From positions 1 through 63,136 of the IMG/VR virus record IMGVR_UViG_3300036770_007416: DNA of 63,136 bases; one strand, given 5' to 3'. This DNA is from a virus (lineage: Duplodnaviria; Caudoviricetes). The translations under genes and the position numbers were made by a program. Below are positions 49,013-58,399 of the stretch, piece by piece (the stretch's first letter is position 1; each line of letters opens with the position of its first letter). The notes beneath the pieces are model-generated. The model searched no databases. It was not told the origin of the DNA and saw only the letters and a list, made by a program, of their open reading frames with translations.

Positions 49013-50767
49013 TTATCTTCTTTGATTGATTAAGTTTAAGATTTCTTCTACCACGGTGGTCTCATCGGATGTGTCTCCCATTACGGTTGCTATTATTTTC
49101 TTTTTGTTGTTTAGTATGTCGTAAATTATTCCCTCGATTGTATTTTCGAATATTGGGTAGTACACCAAGACATTGTTTTTTTGTCCGTATCTGTAGGCTC
49201 TGTCCTCTGACTGACTGTGGTCAGACGGGAGAAAAGACAGGTCATTCATAATCACCGCTTCTGCTGCTGTAAGAGTAATTCCCACACCAGCTGCTTTGAT
49301 GTTTCCAACAAAAACTTTGACTTTTTCATCCTGTTGAAATCTATCAACAGAATCTTGACGTTGTATTTTACTCATTGACCCGTCAAGTCTAACCGCACTT
49401 TTTCCGAAATGGTTGTAAATGGTCTCCAAGGATTTTGTGAAGTTACAAAAAATGATAACTTTTTTTCCTTGTTCGATTATGTTTTCGGCAAGTTCGATGG
49501 TATGTTGAGTTTTCTCTTCAGCAATAATCTGTCTGACTTGGGTAAGTTTGGTAAACTGAATAGAAAGGTTTTTGCTTTCCTCGGGGTTCTTGTCGTACCA
49601 ATTGTAGTAATCACCCATAAGCTCCTCATATACTTTTGAACGAAGTCTAAGATAAACTGGTGTGATTATTTTATCAGGTAAATCCAAAACGTCTTCCTTC
49701 AAACGTCGGAGTACTGTTGAGGAGGTTCTGTCTCTGAGTTCCTCTAAGTTCGAGGCTCCCATTACGTTCCAAATTTTTCTTGGACCCACCCTAAATTGAA
49801 ATCCCGAACAATATCTAACAACATAAGCCATCCAATTTTTTGCCACAGGAGAATCAACCAAACTCAACAGATTGAAATAGTTGATTGGTCGAGAAGTCAT
49901 GGGCGTACCTGTCAACAACCAAAGTCGTTCAATGTCTCTAACCAAATCATTGATTAATTTAGTACGTTGAGCTTGAACGTTTTGAATGTAGTGTGCCTCA
50001 TCAATTATTACCAAATCAAAATTTGATTTGAGTATAATAGAATTTTTTTTGTCTTTCGAATCGTGAAAATTTTTAATGATGTCGTAGTTCATTATTACAA
50101 TCTCCGAATCTTCGGAATAATTTTTTCCTTCACAAACGTAACTGGTCTTATCAGAGTAAAGTTGGTATTCCCGTTGCCAGTTAATCTTCAAAGACGCAGG
50201 ACAAATTATCAAAATCTTTTTAGCACCAGTTTCCAATGAAGCAATAATCGTTGAGGTGGTTTTACCCAATCCCATATCGTCCGCCAAAATGTATTTTTTG
50301 TTTTTCAAAAGTTGCTCGATTGCAACCTTTTGGTGGTCCAATGGTGGTCGGTGTGAATACTTAGAATAATCTATTTCGCCAATTTCAATTTTATTGTCTT
50401 TGATGATTGCCGCTTTGGGAAGCCACATCTCTGACAATTCTTCATTTTCAAAAAACTTCCCCCAAATGTGATACGCTTTGTCTTTCTCAGCCAAAAGTTT
50501 TTCAATCCACATCTTTTCAGGGATTGTCATCATGAATTTGTCGTTAGCAATTTTATTTGCGAAATAAGAATCCAAGACCACCCACTTTTTGGCCACAAGG
50601 GGGGTTTTATTGTGATTGGCTATGATATATTCGGACTGACTGCGCGTGGGATAAAACTTAGAGTTTTTTTCAAGTTTTACCTTTAACCCCAAGATATAGT
50701 TATTGGCCCCTTGATAGTTCTCCAAAAGTGAGATGGCCTTGGATTCTATTGTTATAGATTCATTCAT
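49013..50767 (-). CDS. SNF2/SWI2-family helicase
   Basis: LADDMGLGKT, IIDEAH, LTGTP, GVGITLT, QSEDRAYRYGQ. Confidence 0.92.
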   Translation of the reverse strand: MNESITIESKAISLLENYQGANNYILGLKVKLEKNSKFYPTRSQSEYIIANHNKTPLVAKKWVVLDSYFANKIANDKFMMTIPEKMWIEKLLAEKDKAYHIWGKFFENEELSEMWLPKAAIIKDNKIEIGEIDYSKYSHRPPLDHQKVAIEQLLKNKKYILADDMGLGKTTSTIIASLETGAKKILIICPASLKINWQREYQLYSDKTSYVCEGKNYSEDSEIVIMNYDIIKNFHDSKDKKNSIILKSNFDLVIIDEAHYIQNVQAQRTKLINDLVRDIERLWLLTGTPMTSRPINYFNLLSLVDSPVAKNWMAYVVRYCSGFQFRVGPRKIWNVMGASNLEELRDRTSSTVLRRLKEDVLDLPDKIITPVYLRLRSKVYEELMGDYYNWYDKNPEESKNLSIQFTKLTQVRQIIAEEKTQHTIELAENIIEQGKKVIIFCNFTKSLETIYNHFGKSAVRLDGSMSKIQRQDSVDRFQQDEKVKVFVGNIKAAGVGITLTAAEAVIMNDLSFLPSDHSQSEDRAYRYGQKNNVLVYYPIFENTIEGIIYDILNNKKKIIATVMGDTSDETTVVEEILNLINQRR

Positions 50768-50803
50768 TCATTAGTCTCGTATTTTTCACGAGCGTAATAT
50801 GGG

Positions 50804-50834
50804 TAAATATAATGTTCATTAAGGTATTTATCAA
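50804..50834. promoter_or_regulatory. overlapping divergent promoters (host-type for helicase, late motif for head-completion gene)
   Basis: Minus: TTG-N20-TATATTTA. Plus: TATTTAT at 50825-50831, inside that spacer. Confidence 0.55.
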
Positions 50835-50844
50835 TATATCAGTT

Positions 50845-51360
50845 ATGGCAGAAAGATTAGTTCCAATTACGCGGTTAGGTAAATTCTTCGGTGGTGAGGA
50901 TTTTGAACTTGATACGTCCATGGGTCAAGAGTGGCTCGAGGGTGATATGAATTTCACTGTGGTACTGTATCGTATTGACCGATATAAAACCCGTGTCGAC
51001 GATGTTTATGGTGAATCACCCGAAGGTGGAATACAATTCTTGGCTCCTGTGGAGTTAAAAGGTTATGTTCAAATTCTTGCACCTAACGCACAAAGACTTG
51101 GAACTTCTCGAATTGAACAAAATGAGCCTGGTAATCTACGATTCTCAGTATACCAATCTTACTTGGACGAACTCGGTGTGGATATTCAATACGGTGACTA
51201 CATCGGATACTACGAAACCGAAAGCAAAGTACGATACTACTCAGTTGCCGACGATGGTCGTGTTGTCTCTGACAATAAACATACTTATGGAGGTTACAAA
51301 CCGTTCTACAGAACAGTAATTGCGACCCCTGCCAGTCAAAACGAATTCTTTGGAACCTAA
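50845..51360 (+). CDS. head completion/neck protein (gp14-like)
   Basis: DDVYGES..F..PVELKGYV..LGVDIQYGDYI; start moved to MAERL after the late motif. Confidence 0.6.
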   Translation: MAERLVPITRLGKFFGGEDFELDTSMGQEWLEGDMNFTVVLYRIDRYKTRVDDVYGESPEGGIQFLAPVELKGYVQILAPNAQRLGTSRIEQNEPGNLRFSVYQSYLDELGVDIQYGDYIGYYETESKVRYYSVADDGRVVSDNKHTYGGYKPFYRTVIATPASQNEFFGT

Positions 51361-52424
51361 TGGCACTACCTAAAGTCCCTATATTCAAAACTCAAATCAA
51401 ACCCAACATCGATTTGGTTCCACCCAAAACTTTGTCGGCGAGAAGAGAACAACTCCTTCAGTACATAAATGAAGATGGTACTTACCTCCCCAAAAGTGTT
51501 TTACATGCCGATTTGGATGGGGGAATGTTGGAATTTGTTATGGGGGAATTAAAAACAACGGTTTCAGGTAAAGATATCAGTGTGGTTGACAAAATTATCA
51601 CCAATCAACGGTGGTCACAATTTACTGAAACATGGAATTTCAAAGACCAAGATTTCAACGTACAACTGCCATTTATAACAGTGGTACGTCAACCTGAGGT
51701 GAAGTTTGGTACGAATCCATCCACACAATATACTATTCCTAATAGGAAACAGTTCTATTATGCCCGTGTCCCAACTTGGAACGGAAACCAAAAAGGATAC
51801 GACATTTATACAATCCCACAACCAGTACCTGTTGATATCAATTATAGTGTAAAAATTATTTGTAACAGGATGAGGGAGTTGAACACATTTAATAAGAATG
51901 TTTTACAAACTTTTTCTTCTCGTCAAGCGTATACGTTCATCAAAGGTCAATATGTTCCAATTATTATGAACAATATTTCAGATGAATCTGTAATCGATAT
52001 CGAAAGACGAAACTACTACATTCAGAGTTATGATTTTACAATGCTTGGTTATTTGATTGACGAAGAAGAATTCCAAGTCAAACCAGCAATTTCAAGAGTC
52101 CTTCAATTGGTTGAGGTTGATACCCAAGTTGCTCAAGGGCTACGAGCTCGACAGTTCCCTGAAAACCCCGATGAGTTTATCTATGATTTGTACTATACAC
52201 CTAGCAATAGTGTAATTGTTGACGACCAAGTTGATTATAGAATCGACCTTAGTTTGATTGGTACAGACAATGTTGACAATTATTTTGTATACATCAACGA
52301 TGATTATTACGGACAAAATGTGTCAAATATTCAACTCAATACAGGAGATTTATTTAGAGTTGAAATTACAAAGACAACTGTAGGTCAGGAGGCTAATGTA
52401 AAGTTCCAAGCTAAGCTTGTTTAG
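51360..52424 (+). CDS. tail terminator/completion protein (gp15-like)
   Basis: LPFITVVR, PVPVDINYSVKI; position upstream of the sheath gene. Confidence 0.6.
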   Translation: MALPKVPIFKTQIKPNIDLVPPKTLSARREQLLQYINEDGTYLPKSVLHADLDGGMLEFVMGELKTTVSGKDISVVDKIITNQRWSQFTETWNFKDQDFNVQLPFITVVRQPEVKFGTNPSTQYTIPNRKQFYYARVPTWNGNQKGYDIYTIPQPVPVDINYSVKIICNRMRELNTFNKNVLQTFSSRQAYTFIKGQYVPIIMNNISDESVIDIERRNYYIQSYDFTMLGYLIDEEEFQVKPAISRVLQLVEVDTQVAQGLRARQFPENPDEFIYDLYYTPSNSVIVDDQVDYRIDLSLIGTDNVDNYFVYINDDYYGQNVSNIQLNTGDLFRVEITKTTVGQEANVKFQAKLV

Positions 52425-52585
52425 TTTTCCCCATAGATATCTTTCTTGTCACCACACTTATCCAAGATGAGTTTTTCTAAAAACTTATACATTTTCAAAC
52501 CATTTTTTTCACAATAAGTTTTCAAGACCTTGTGAGTCTCTGGTGAAATTTTTAGGTTCTTAATGTCTTTAGTGGTGTTTTTCAT
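52421..52585 (-). CDS. 54-aa ribbon-helix-helix-like DNA-binding protein (not in ORF track)
   Basis: Hand translation MKNTTKDIKNLKISPETHKVLKTYCEKNGLKMYKFLEKLILDKCGDKKDIYGEN shows a strand-helix-G-helix pattern. Confidence 0.7.
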   Translation of the reverse strand: MKNTTKDIKNLKISPETHKVLKTYCEKNGLKMYKFLEKLILDKCGDKKDIYGEN

Positions 52586-52633
52586 AGGGAGAAAAAAGGT
52601 AGAAAAAAATCTTACTACTTAATAATACGTATT

Positions 52634-52671
52634 CAAAAGTAAAGTTTTTTGTATTGAAATCAAATATTTAT
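52634..52671. promoter_or_regulatory. consensus Bacteroidota promoter (minus) abutting the sheath late motif (plus)
   Basis: Minus TTTG-N19-TACTTTTG at 52664-52634; plus TATTTAT at 52665-52671. Confidence 0.7.
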
Positions 52672-52707
52672 CTTAAAAATAAAACCGAATAAGAAAAATT
52701 TAGAAAA

Positions 52708-55700
52708 ATGTTTTTTCAATTAACTTCTCAAGCAAACCAAAAGGTCTTCGTATCTCCTGGAGTTTACACATCTGAAACTGATTTATCATTTGTTGCTCAG
52801 AGTGTTGGTGTAACAACTTTGGGTATTGTAGGTGAGACTCTCAAAGGTCCTGCTTTCGAACCAATTTTCATTACCAACTACGATGAGTTCCAAACATTCT
52901 TCGGAGGAACGGTACCAACAAAATTTATCGGAACTCAAATTCCAAAATATGAAGCCGCTTACATTGCCAAAGCGTATCTTCAACAATCAAATCAACTATT
53001 TGTTACTCGTATCTTGGGTTTATCAGGATATGATGCGGGTCCTTCATGGAGTTTGCAGGCGGTAGCAAACGTAGACAGTGCCTTCATCGGTATCGACACA
53101 TCAATTGCAACTGTTTCATTCACTGCTAATTTTTCCGGTTTTACTACAGGTAATACAGTGTCTTTTGGTTCAGGTCTACCAGCACTTCTTTCGAATAATC
53201 TCTCAACATCTTACACTTTGATTGATGGTTCAACTTCAACATATAGTAGAGATGTATACAACTTCGCTACAGATATTATTGCGGCTAATTCAGTATCAGG
53301 AAATACCGCCGTTGGTTATGGTTCAATTCCGAGTGTGGATTACAATACTTTGGCTTCGACCTATCCGAATGTTAACAACGAATTTGGTTGTGACAATTTG
53401 AGTTTGTCCTTCGCGGATTTGTCCAATGGAAATAATGACCCTTGGTACTACGCAACTTTTGACCCAACTACAGGAAATAACTACTCAGGGTATTCTTGGT
53501 ATTACTCAGTCACAAATTTCTTTACTGCGGCAACACCTTCAGTGGCAAACAACTACTTCTTTTCAGGAACTGTTACTGGTCAATTGTACACTTATTCAGG
53601 ACAAGCATACTATGATTGGAACAACTTAATTTTGGCAACAGTTCGTTCAAGAGGTATTTCAATTTATGATGCAAACGACCATGGTCCTCAATATCAAGTT
53701 ACAGGTCTTACTGACTTGAACTTGGTATGTACAGGTCCTTACTCGGGAATTTCCCAAAGTCCATTTGCAACATTCTTGTTGAGTGGTACAACCTACCAAG
53801 GAAATCCGTTTAGTTTTGAGGCGTCTTTTGATTCAACAAACTCCAACTACATTACAAAGGTGTTGGGTGTAACCAACTTTGCTAAACCAAGAACTGATGT
53901 TCCAATTTACGTGGAGGAATCATATCTTGGATTATTGAATTACGGATTTAACAAAGGGTACGTTCGTGGGGTCAAATGTGATTTGATTGCATTACCTGAG
54001 GCAAGAGATAAAACCTCAACAACTTCAATTGCTTGGTTCTTGGACCAATACCAAACACCTAAAACTCCATTCCTTGTTTCTGAACTTCGTGGTAATGTTG
54101 TTTACAATCTCTTCCGATTCATGACAATAAGCGATGGTAATTCCGCTAATACAGAGGTGAAAATCTCGATTGCGAATATTTCTTTCAGTAATCTTACGTT
54201 TGATGTTTTAGTTAGAGATTTCTTTGACACGGACGCTAACCCAGTAGTTTATGAAAAATTCACCAACTGTACTATGGACCCCACTAGTAACAGTTTTGTT
54301 GCTAAGAAAATCGGTTCTTCTGATGGTGAATATCCGTTAAACTCGGCTTACGTAATGGTTGAACTCTCTGATGAATACCCTGTAGATGCATTACCTTGTG
54401 GTTTCTATGGTCTCGAAGAAAGAGTTTACGAAAGTACCGCTAACCCTTCTCCTTTCCCAATCATCAAAAACAAGTATTTCTTCCCAGGAGAAACTATCTT
54501 TGACCCACCATTCGGAACAAGTGCGGGAGGAAGTAATATAACTTCATCCTCGGGTGACATAGTCAGAAGAACTTACTTAGGTATTTCATCTCAGTTTGGT
54601 ATCGACACTGATTTGTTACAGTACAAAGGAAAAAAGAATCCAGTTGTGGGATGGGATTTGGCAACAACTTCTGAACCTTGGAACTACCAAACAAAAGGTT
54701 TCCACATGGACTCAGGTGCAACAATTATTCAGATTGCTAACTCACAAATAACTAGTGGTACTCCAGCGTTCGTCTGTGGTGTTGCTAATTTCAGTGATGA
54801 ACCTACAGACCAAGCGAATCCTTATTACTTCCTTTACTCAAGAAAATTCACCACTGTATTCCAAGGTGGTTTCGATGGATGGGACATTTACAGAGAGTTC
54901 CGTACAAACCAAGATAGATTTGCTTTGGGAGCTTCAGGTTATTTACAAGGTGCTACTCCTACTCAACGTTATCCAACGGCTTCGGGAGATGGTACATTCA
55001 AGAGAATTGTTATTGGAGATAATACTCAAGATTTTGCTAACACCGACTATTACGCGTACTTGTTAGGTCAACTAGCGTTTGCGAATCCTGAGTCAACAAA
55101 CATAAATGTTTTTGCTACACCTGGTATCGACTACGTGAATAATTCTAATTTGTGTGAGTTGGCAATTGGTATGGTTGAGAATGAAAGAGCGGATGCGGTT
55201 TATATCGTTACTTCTCCTGACTACAACATGTATACACCTGATGGAGGTTCTCAATATGAAATTATCTATCCACAAGAGGCGGTGGATAATCTTGACCAAA
55301 CAGGAATAGATTCATCATACACCGCAACGTATTACCCATGGATTTTGGAAAGGGATACGGTTAACAACACTCAGTTATACATTCCACCAACAGGTCAAGT
55401 TTGTAGAAACTTAGCACTTACCGATAACATTTCCTTCCCATGGTTCGCTTCGGCGGGTTACACAAGAGGTCTTGTAAATTCAGTAAAGGCAAGATTAAAA
55501 CTGACTCAAGAGGATAGAGACACTCTTTACCAAGGTAGAATTAACCCAATCGCAACATTCTCGGACGTTGGTACTGTAATTTGGGGTAACAAAACACTTC
55601 AGATTAGAGATTCGGCACTTAACAGACTGAATGTTAGAAGACTTCTACTTCAAGCACGTAAGTTAATTTCGGCAGTAGCTGTTAGATTGTTGTTCGAACA

Positions 55701-55932
55701 AAACGATGAAATCGTGAGACAACAATTCTTGGATTCTGTAAATCCAATTTTGGACGCAATCCGAAGAGACCGTGGTTTGTATGACTTCCGTGTGACAGTG
55801 TCTTCAACTCCTGAAGATTTGGATAGAAACACCTTAACAGGTAAGATTTATCTTAAACCAACGAAGGCACTCGAATTCATAGACATAGAATTTTTGATTA
55901 CACCAACTGGTGCATCTTTCGAAAATATTTAA
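52708..55932 (+). CDS. contractile tail sheath protein
   Basis: SPGVYTSETD, PWFASAGYTRG, RDTLYQGRINPI, WGNKTLQ, LNVRRLL, FEQND, PTKALEFI. Confidence 0.95.
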   Translation: MFFQLTSQANQKVFVSPGVYTSETDLSFVAQSVGVTTLGIVGETLKGPAFEPIFITNYDEFQTFFGGTVPTKFIGTQIPKYEAAYIAKAYLQQSNQLFVTRILGLSGYDAGPSWSLQAVANVDSAFIGIDTSIATVSFTANFSGFTTGNTVSFGSGLPALLSNNLSTSYTLIDGSTSTYSRDVYNFATDIIAANSVSGNTAVGYGSIPSVDYNTLASTYPNVNNEFGCDNLSLSFADLSNGNNDPWYYATFDPTTGNNYSGYSWYYSVTNFFTAATPSVANNYFFSGTVTGQLYTYSGQAYYDWNNLILATVRSRGISIYDANDHGPQYQVTGLTDLNLVCTGPYSGISQSPFATFLLSGTTYQGNPFSFEASFDSTNSNYITKVLGVTNFAKPRTDVPIYVEESYLGLLNYGFNKGYVRGVKCDLIALPEARDKTSTTSIAWFLDQYQTPKTPFLVSELRGNVVYNLFRFMTISDGNSANTEVKISIANISFSNLTFDVLVRDFFDTDANPVVYEKFTNCTMDPTSNSFVAKKIGSSDGEYPLNSAYVMVELSDEYPVDALPCGFYGLEERVYESTANPSPFPIIKNKYFFPGETIFDPPFGTSAGGSNITSSSGDIVRRTYLGISSQFGIDTDLLQYKGKKNPVVGWDLATTSEPWNYQTKGFHMDSGATIIQIANSQITSGTPAFVCGVANFSDEPTDQANPYYFLYSRKFTTVFQGGFDGWDIYREFRTNQDRFALGASGYLQGATPTQRYPTASGDGTFKRIVIGDNTQDFANTDYYAYLLGQLAFANPESTNINVFATPGIDYVNNSNLCELAIGMVENERADAVYIVTSPDYNMYTPDGGSQYEIIYPQEAVDNLDQTGIDSSYTATYYPWILERDTVNNTQLYIPPTGQVCRNLALTDNISFPWFASAGYTRGLVNSVKARLKLTQEDRDTLYQGRINPIATFSDVGTVIWGNKTLQIRDSALNRLNVRRLLLQARKLISAVAVRLLFEQNDEIVRQQFLDSVNPILDAIRRDRGLYDFRVTVSSTPEDLDRNTLTGKIYLKPTKALEFIDIEFLITPTGASFENI

Positions 55933-55940
55933 TATCTTTG

Positions 55941-55971
55941 GGGTGGGAAAACAAATTCCCACCCTTTTTTT
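55941..55971 (+). terminator. intrinsic terminator
   Basis: GGGTGGGAA-aacaaa-TTCCCACCC followed by T7. Confidence 0.9.
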
Positions 55972-55983
55972 GCCATTTAGTAA

Positions 55984-56805
55984 ATGAAAACTAAACTACA
56001 GGACACTTTCAAAAGTGGAACACCGGACCTTAAGTACTATGCTTTTGATTGGGACGACAATATTGTTTTAATGCCAACCAAAATCATTTTGTTAAATGAT
56101 AAGGGAGAAGAGGTAGAAATGTCAACTGAAGATTTTGCAGAGTATCGTTCAAAAATCGGAAAAGATAATTTCGAGTACAAAAATAATTTGATTGTTGACT
56201 ACGCTAAAAACGCATTTCGTAACTTCGGTGTAAAAGGGGATGATAAGTTTTTAAAGGAGTCTCTCAAAGCTAAGGTTGGACCTGCGTGGAACGATTTCAA
56301 AGAAGCCGTTAACAATGGGTCTATATTCGCTATTATAACCGCACGAGGTCATAACCCAAATACCATCAAAAAGTCAATTTTCAACTTCATACAGAAAAAT
56401 CATAACGGAATTTCTAAGTCTGAACTTATAAAAAATCTAAAAAAATATAGAGATTTTGTCGACGAAGAAGAAATGTCTGAAGATGATATGATTAAATCTT
56501 ACTTAGAGTTAAATAGATACAACCCTGTAAGTTTTGGGGTAGAAGATGAAGCGGTTTCTCCTGAGGAAGCCAAAGTCAGAGCCATGGCAGATTTTGTTAA
56601 TTATGTAAAAATAATTGCAGCTAGTTTGCAAAAAAAAGCATTTCTTAAAAAAGATATTGCTAATAAATTTATTCCTAGAAAACCAGTTATAGGCTTTTCA
56701 GATGATGATGAAAGCAATGTAAAAAAGATTAAAGATTATTTCAAAAGCATCAAAGAACCAATTAAGACATATTCAACTAAAGGAGGAATAAAAAAAGAAT
56801 ACTAG
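55984..56805 (+). CDS. HAD-superfamily phosphatase
   Basis: AFDWDDNI, IITARG, K, GFSDDD. Confidence 0.7.
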   Translation: MKTKLQDTFKSGTPDLKYYAFDWDDNIVLMPTKIILLNDKGEEVEMSTEDFAEYRSKIGKDNFEYKNNLIVDYAKNAFRNFGVKGDDKFLKESLKAKVGPAWNDFKEAVNNGSIFAIITARGHNPNTIKKSIFNFIQKNHNGISKSELIKNLKKYRDFVDEEEMSEDDMIKSYLELNRYNPVSFGVEDEAVSPEEAKVRAMADFVNYVKIIAASLQKKAFLKKDIANKFIPRKPVIGFSDDDESNVKKIKDYFKSIKEPIKTYSTKGGIKKEY

Positions 56806-56918
56806 AACTAGATTACATAAGCAAGAGTAAAATTCTGAAAAAAAAAGTCAAGAGAAAAAATATTGTCATGGGTATATTTATAATAAAAGATAAAAGTAAA
56901 AAAAACTAAGATATTACC

Positions 56919-57407
56919 ATGGCGGATTTATTAATGAAAATGCCGATTCCTTATGAACCAAAAAGACAAAACAGGTTCATACTAAGGTTTCCTTCATCAT
57001 TAGGTATTAATGAGTGGTTCGTAGAGTCAACGGCACGTCCTCACATAACCATTACACCTACTGAAATTCAATTCTTGAATACCTCAACGTTTGTTGCGGG
57101 AAGATTCAACTGGCAAACGATTCCAGTAACTTTCCGTGACCCCATCGGACCTTCAGCCGCTCAGGCACTTATGGAATGGGTACGTTTACACGCAGAATCT
57201 GTGACTGGACGTATGGGTTACGCTGCGGGATACAAAAAAGACATCGACCTTGAAATGTTGGACCCAACAGGTGTAGTTGTAGAAAAATGGATTTTGTACG
57301 GTACATTCTTAACTGATGTTAACTTCAACACTTTGAATTATTCTCAAGATGGATTGGCAACAATCTCTGCTACTCTGAGAATGGACCGTTGTGTATTGAT
57401 ATACTAA
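56919..57407 (+). CDS. tail tube protein (gp19-like)
   Basis: EPKRQNRF, AGRFNWQTIPVTFRD, YKKDIDLEMLDPTG..W.LYG; follows the sheath; TATTTATA at 56875. Confidence 0.85.
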   Translation: MADLLMKMPIPYEPKRQNRFILRFPSSLGINEWFVESTARPHITITPTEIQFLNTSTFVAGRFNWQTIPVTFRDPIGPSAAQALMEWVRLHAESVTGRMGYAAGYKKDIDLEMLDPTGVVVEKWILYGTFLTDVNFNTLNYSQDGLATISATLRMDRCVLIY

Positions 57408-57442
57408 TTTCTATTTATTTACTTTTATCAAACAGTATATTT

Positions 57443-57477
57443 AACCGTAGAGCCATACTCTACGGTTTTTCTTTTTT
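57443..57477 (+). terminator. terminator-like hairpin directly before the chaperone ATG
   Basis: AACCGTAGAG-CCATA-CTCTACGGTT followed by TTTCTTTTTT. Confidence 0.75.
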
Positions 57478-58221
57478 ATGGACCAAGATACACAAAATTA
57501 CGGACAACAAAACTTTACCCTTCCTCATGATGTGGTTCAACTACCATCTAAGGGAACTTTTTATAAAAATAAAAAGAGTTCAATCAAAGTGGGTTACCTC
57601 ACAGCAAGTGATGAAAACATTTTACTTGCTGGTGGTAAGGACATGACATTAAACTTATTGAGGGCAAAGATATACGAACCAGGTCTTCGACCTGAAGAAC
57701 TTTTGGAAACCGATATTGAGGCAATATTGATTTTTTTGAGAAACACAGCCTTTGGTCCTGATATAGAACTGAACTTAACAGACCCAGTCACAGGGAAAAA
57801 ATTCAAAGCCACCGAAAGACTCGATGAATTGAACATCCAACACGGACAACAACCCGCAGAAGACGGTACATTCTCCACAAGACTACCGATGTCTGAAAAA
57901 ACAATCAAAGTAAAACCAATCACGTATGGAGAGAGTATTGAAATTAGTAATATGGTAGACACTTACCCACAAGGAAGAGTTGCACCAGTCAGAACTTGGA
58001 GACTTCAAAAAGAAATTGTTTCAGTAGAGGGAGTGACAGACAAAACTGAAATTCAGAAATTTGTGGAATCAATGCCATTGGCAGATTCTAAACACATAAA
58101 AAAATTCTTAAATGAAAACGAACCCCGCTTGGACCTAATCCGAGTGATTATTGCCCCATCAGGAGAAAAGCTGAACGTGAATATCGGCTTTGGGGTGGAC
58201 TTTTTTCGCCCTTTCTTCTGA
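57478..58221 (+). CDS. tail assembly chaperone / baseplate hub protein (gp26-like)
   Basis: VQLPSKG..YLTASDENIL..D..AILIFLR..DFFRP; between tube and tape measure. Confidence 0.7.
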   Translation: MDQDTQNYGQQNFTLPHDVVQLPSKGTFYKNKKSSIKVGYLTASDENILLAGGKDMTLNLLRAKIYEPGLRPEELLETDIEAILIFLRNTAFGPDIELNLTDPVTGKKFKATERLDELNIQHGQQPAEDGTFSTRLPMSEKTIKVKPITYGESIEISNMVDTYPQGRVAPVRTWRLQKEIVSVEGVTDKTEIQKFVESMPLADSKHIKKFLNENEPRLDLIRVIIAPSGEKLNVNIGFGVDFFRPFF

Positions 58222-58360
58222 GTATCGGCAAAACCAAATTGATGAATTTTATTATCTCTCTCAATTTTTCGGAGTTTCCTACTCGGATTTTACGGTTATG
58301 CCAATATTTGTCCGAAAGTATCTTCTTAATAAATGGATTGAGGAAAAACAGAAATCCTGA
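58202..58360 (+). CDS. +1-frame extension of the chaperone (gpT/gp51-like; not in ORF track)
   Basis: FFALSSEYRQNQIDEFYYLSQFFGVSYSDFTVMPIFVRKYLLNKWIEEKQKS; no ATG near its 5' end. Confidence 0.65.
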   Translation, partial: FFALSSEYRQNQIDEFYYLSQFFGVSYSDFTVMPIFVRKYLLNKWIEEKQKS

Positions 58361-58399
58361 TTTAACCTATTTATCTAGAAGAAACAAGTAACAAAAAAA

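Noticed and set aside
50761-50792. Triple overlapping ATG and a 5-bp hairpin in the helicase leader
   Set aside because: Too short to distinguish from chance in AT-rich sequence.
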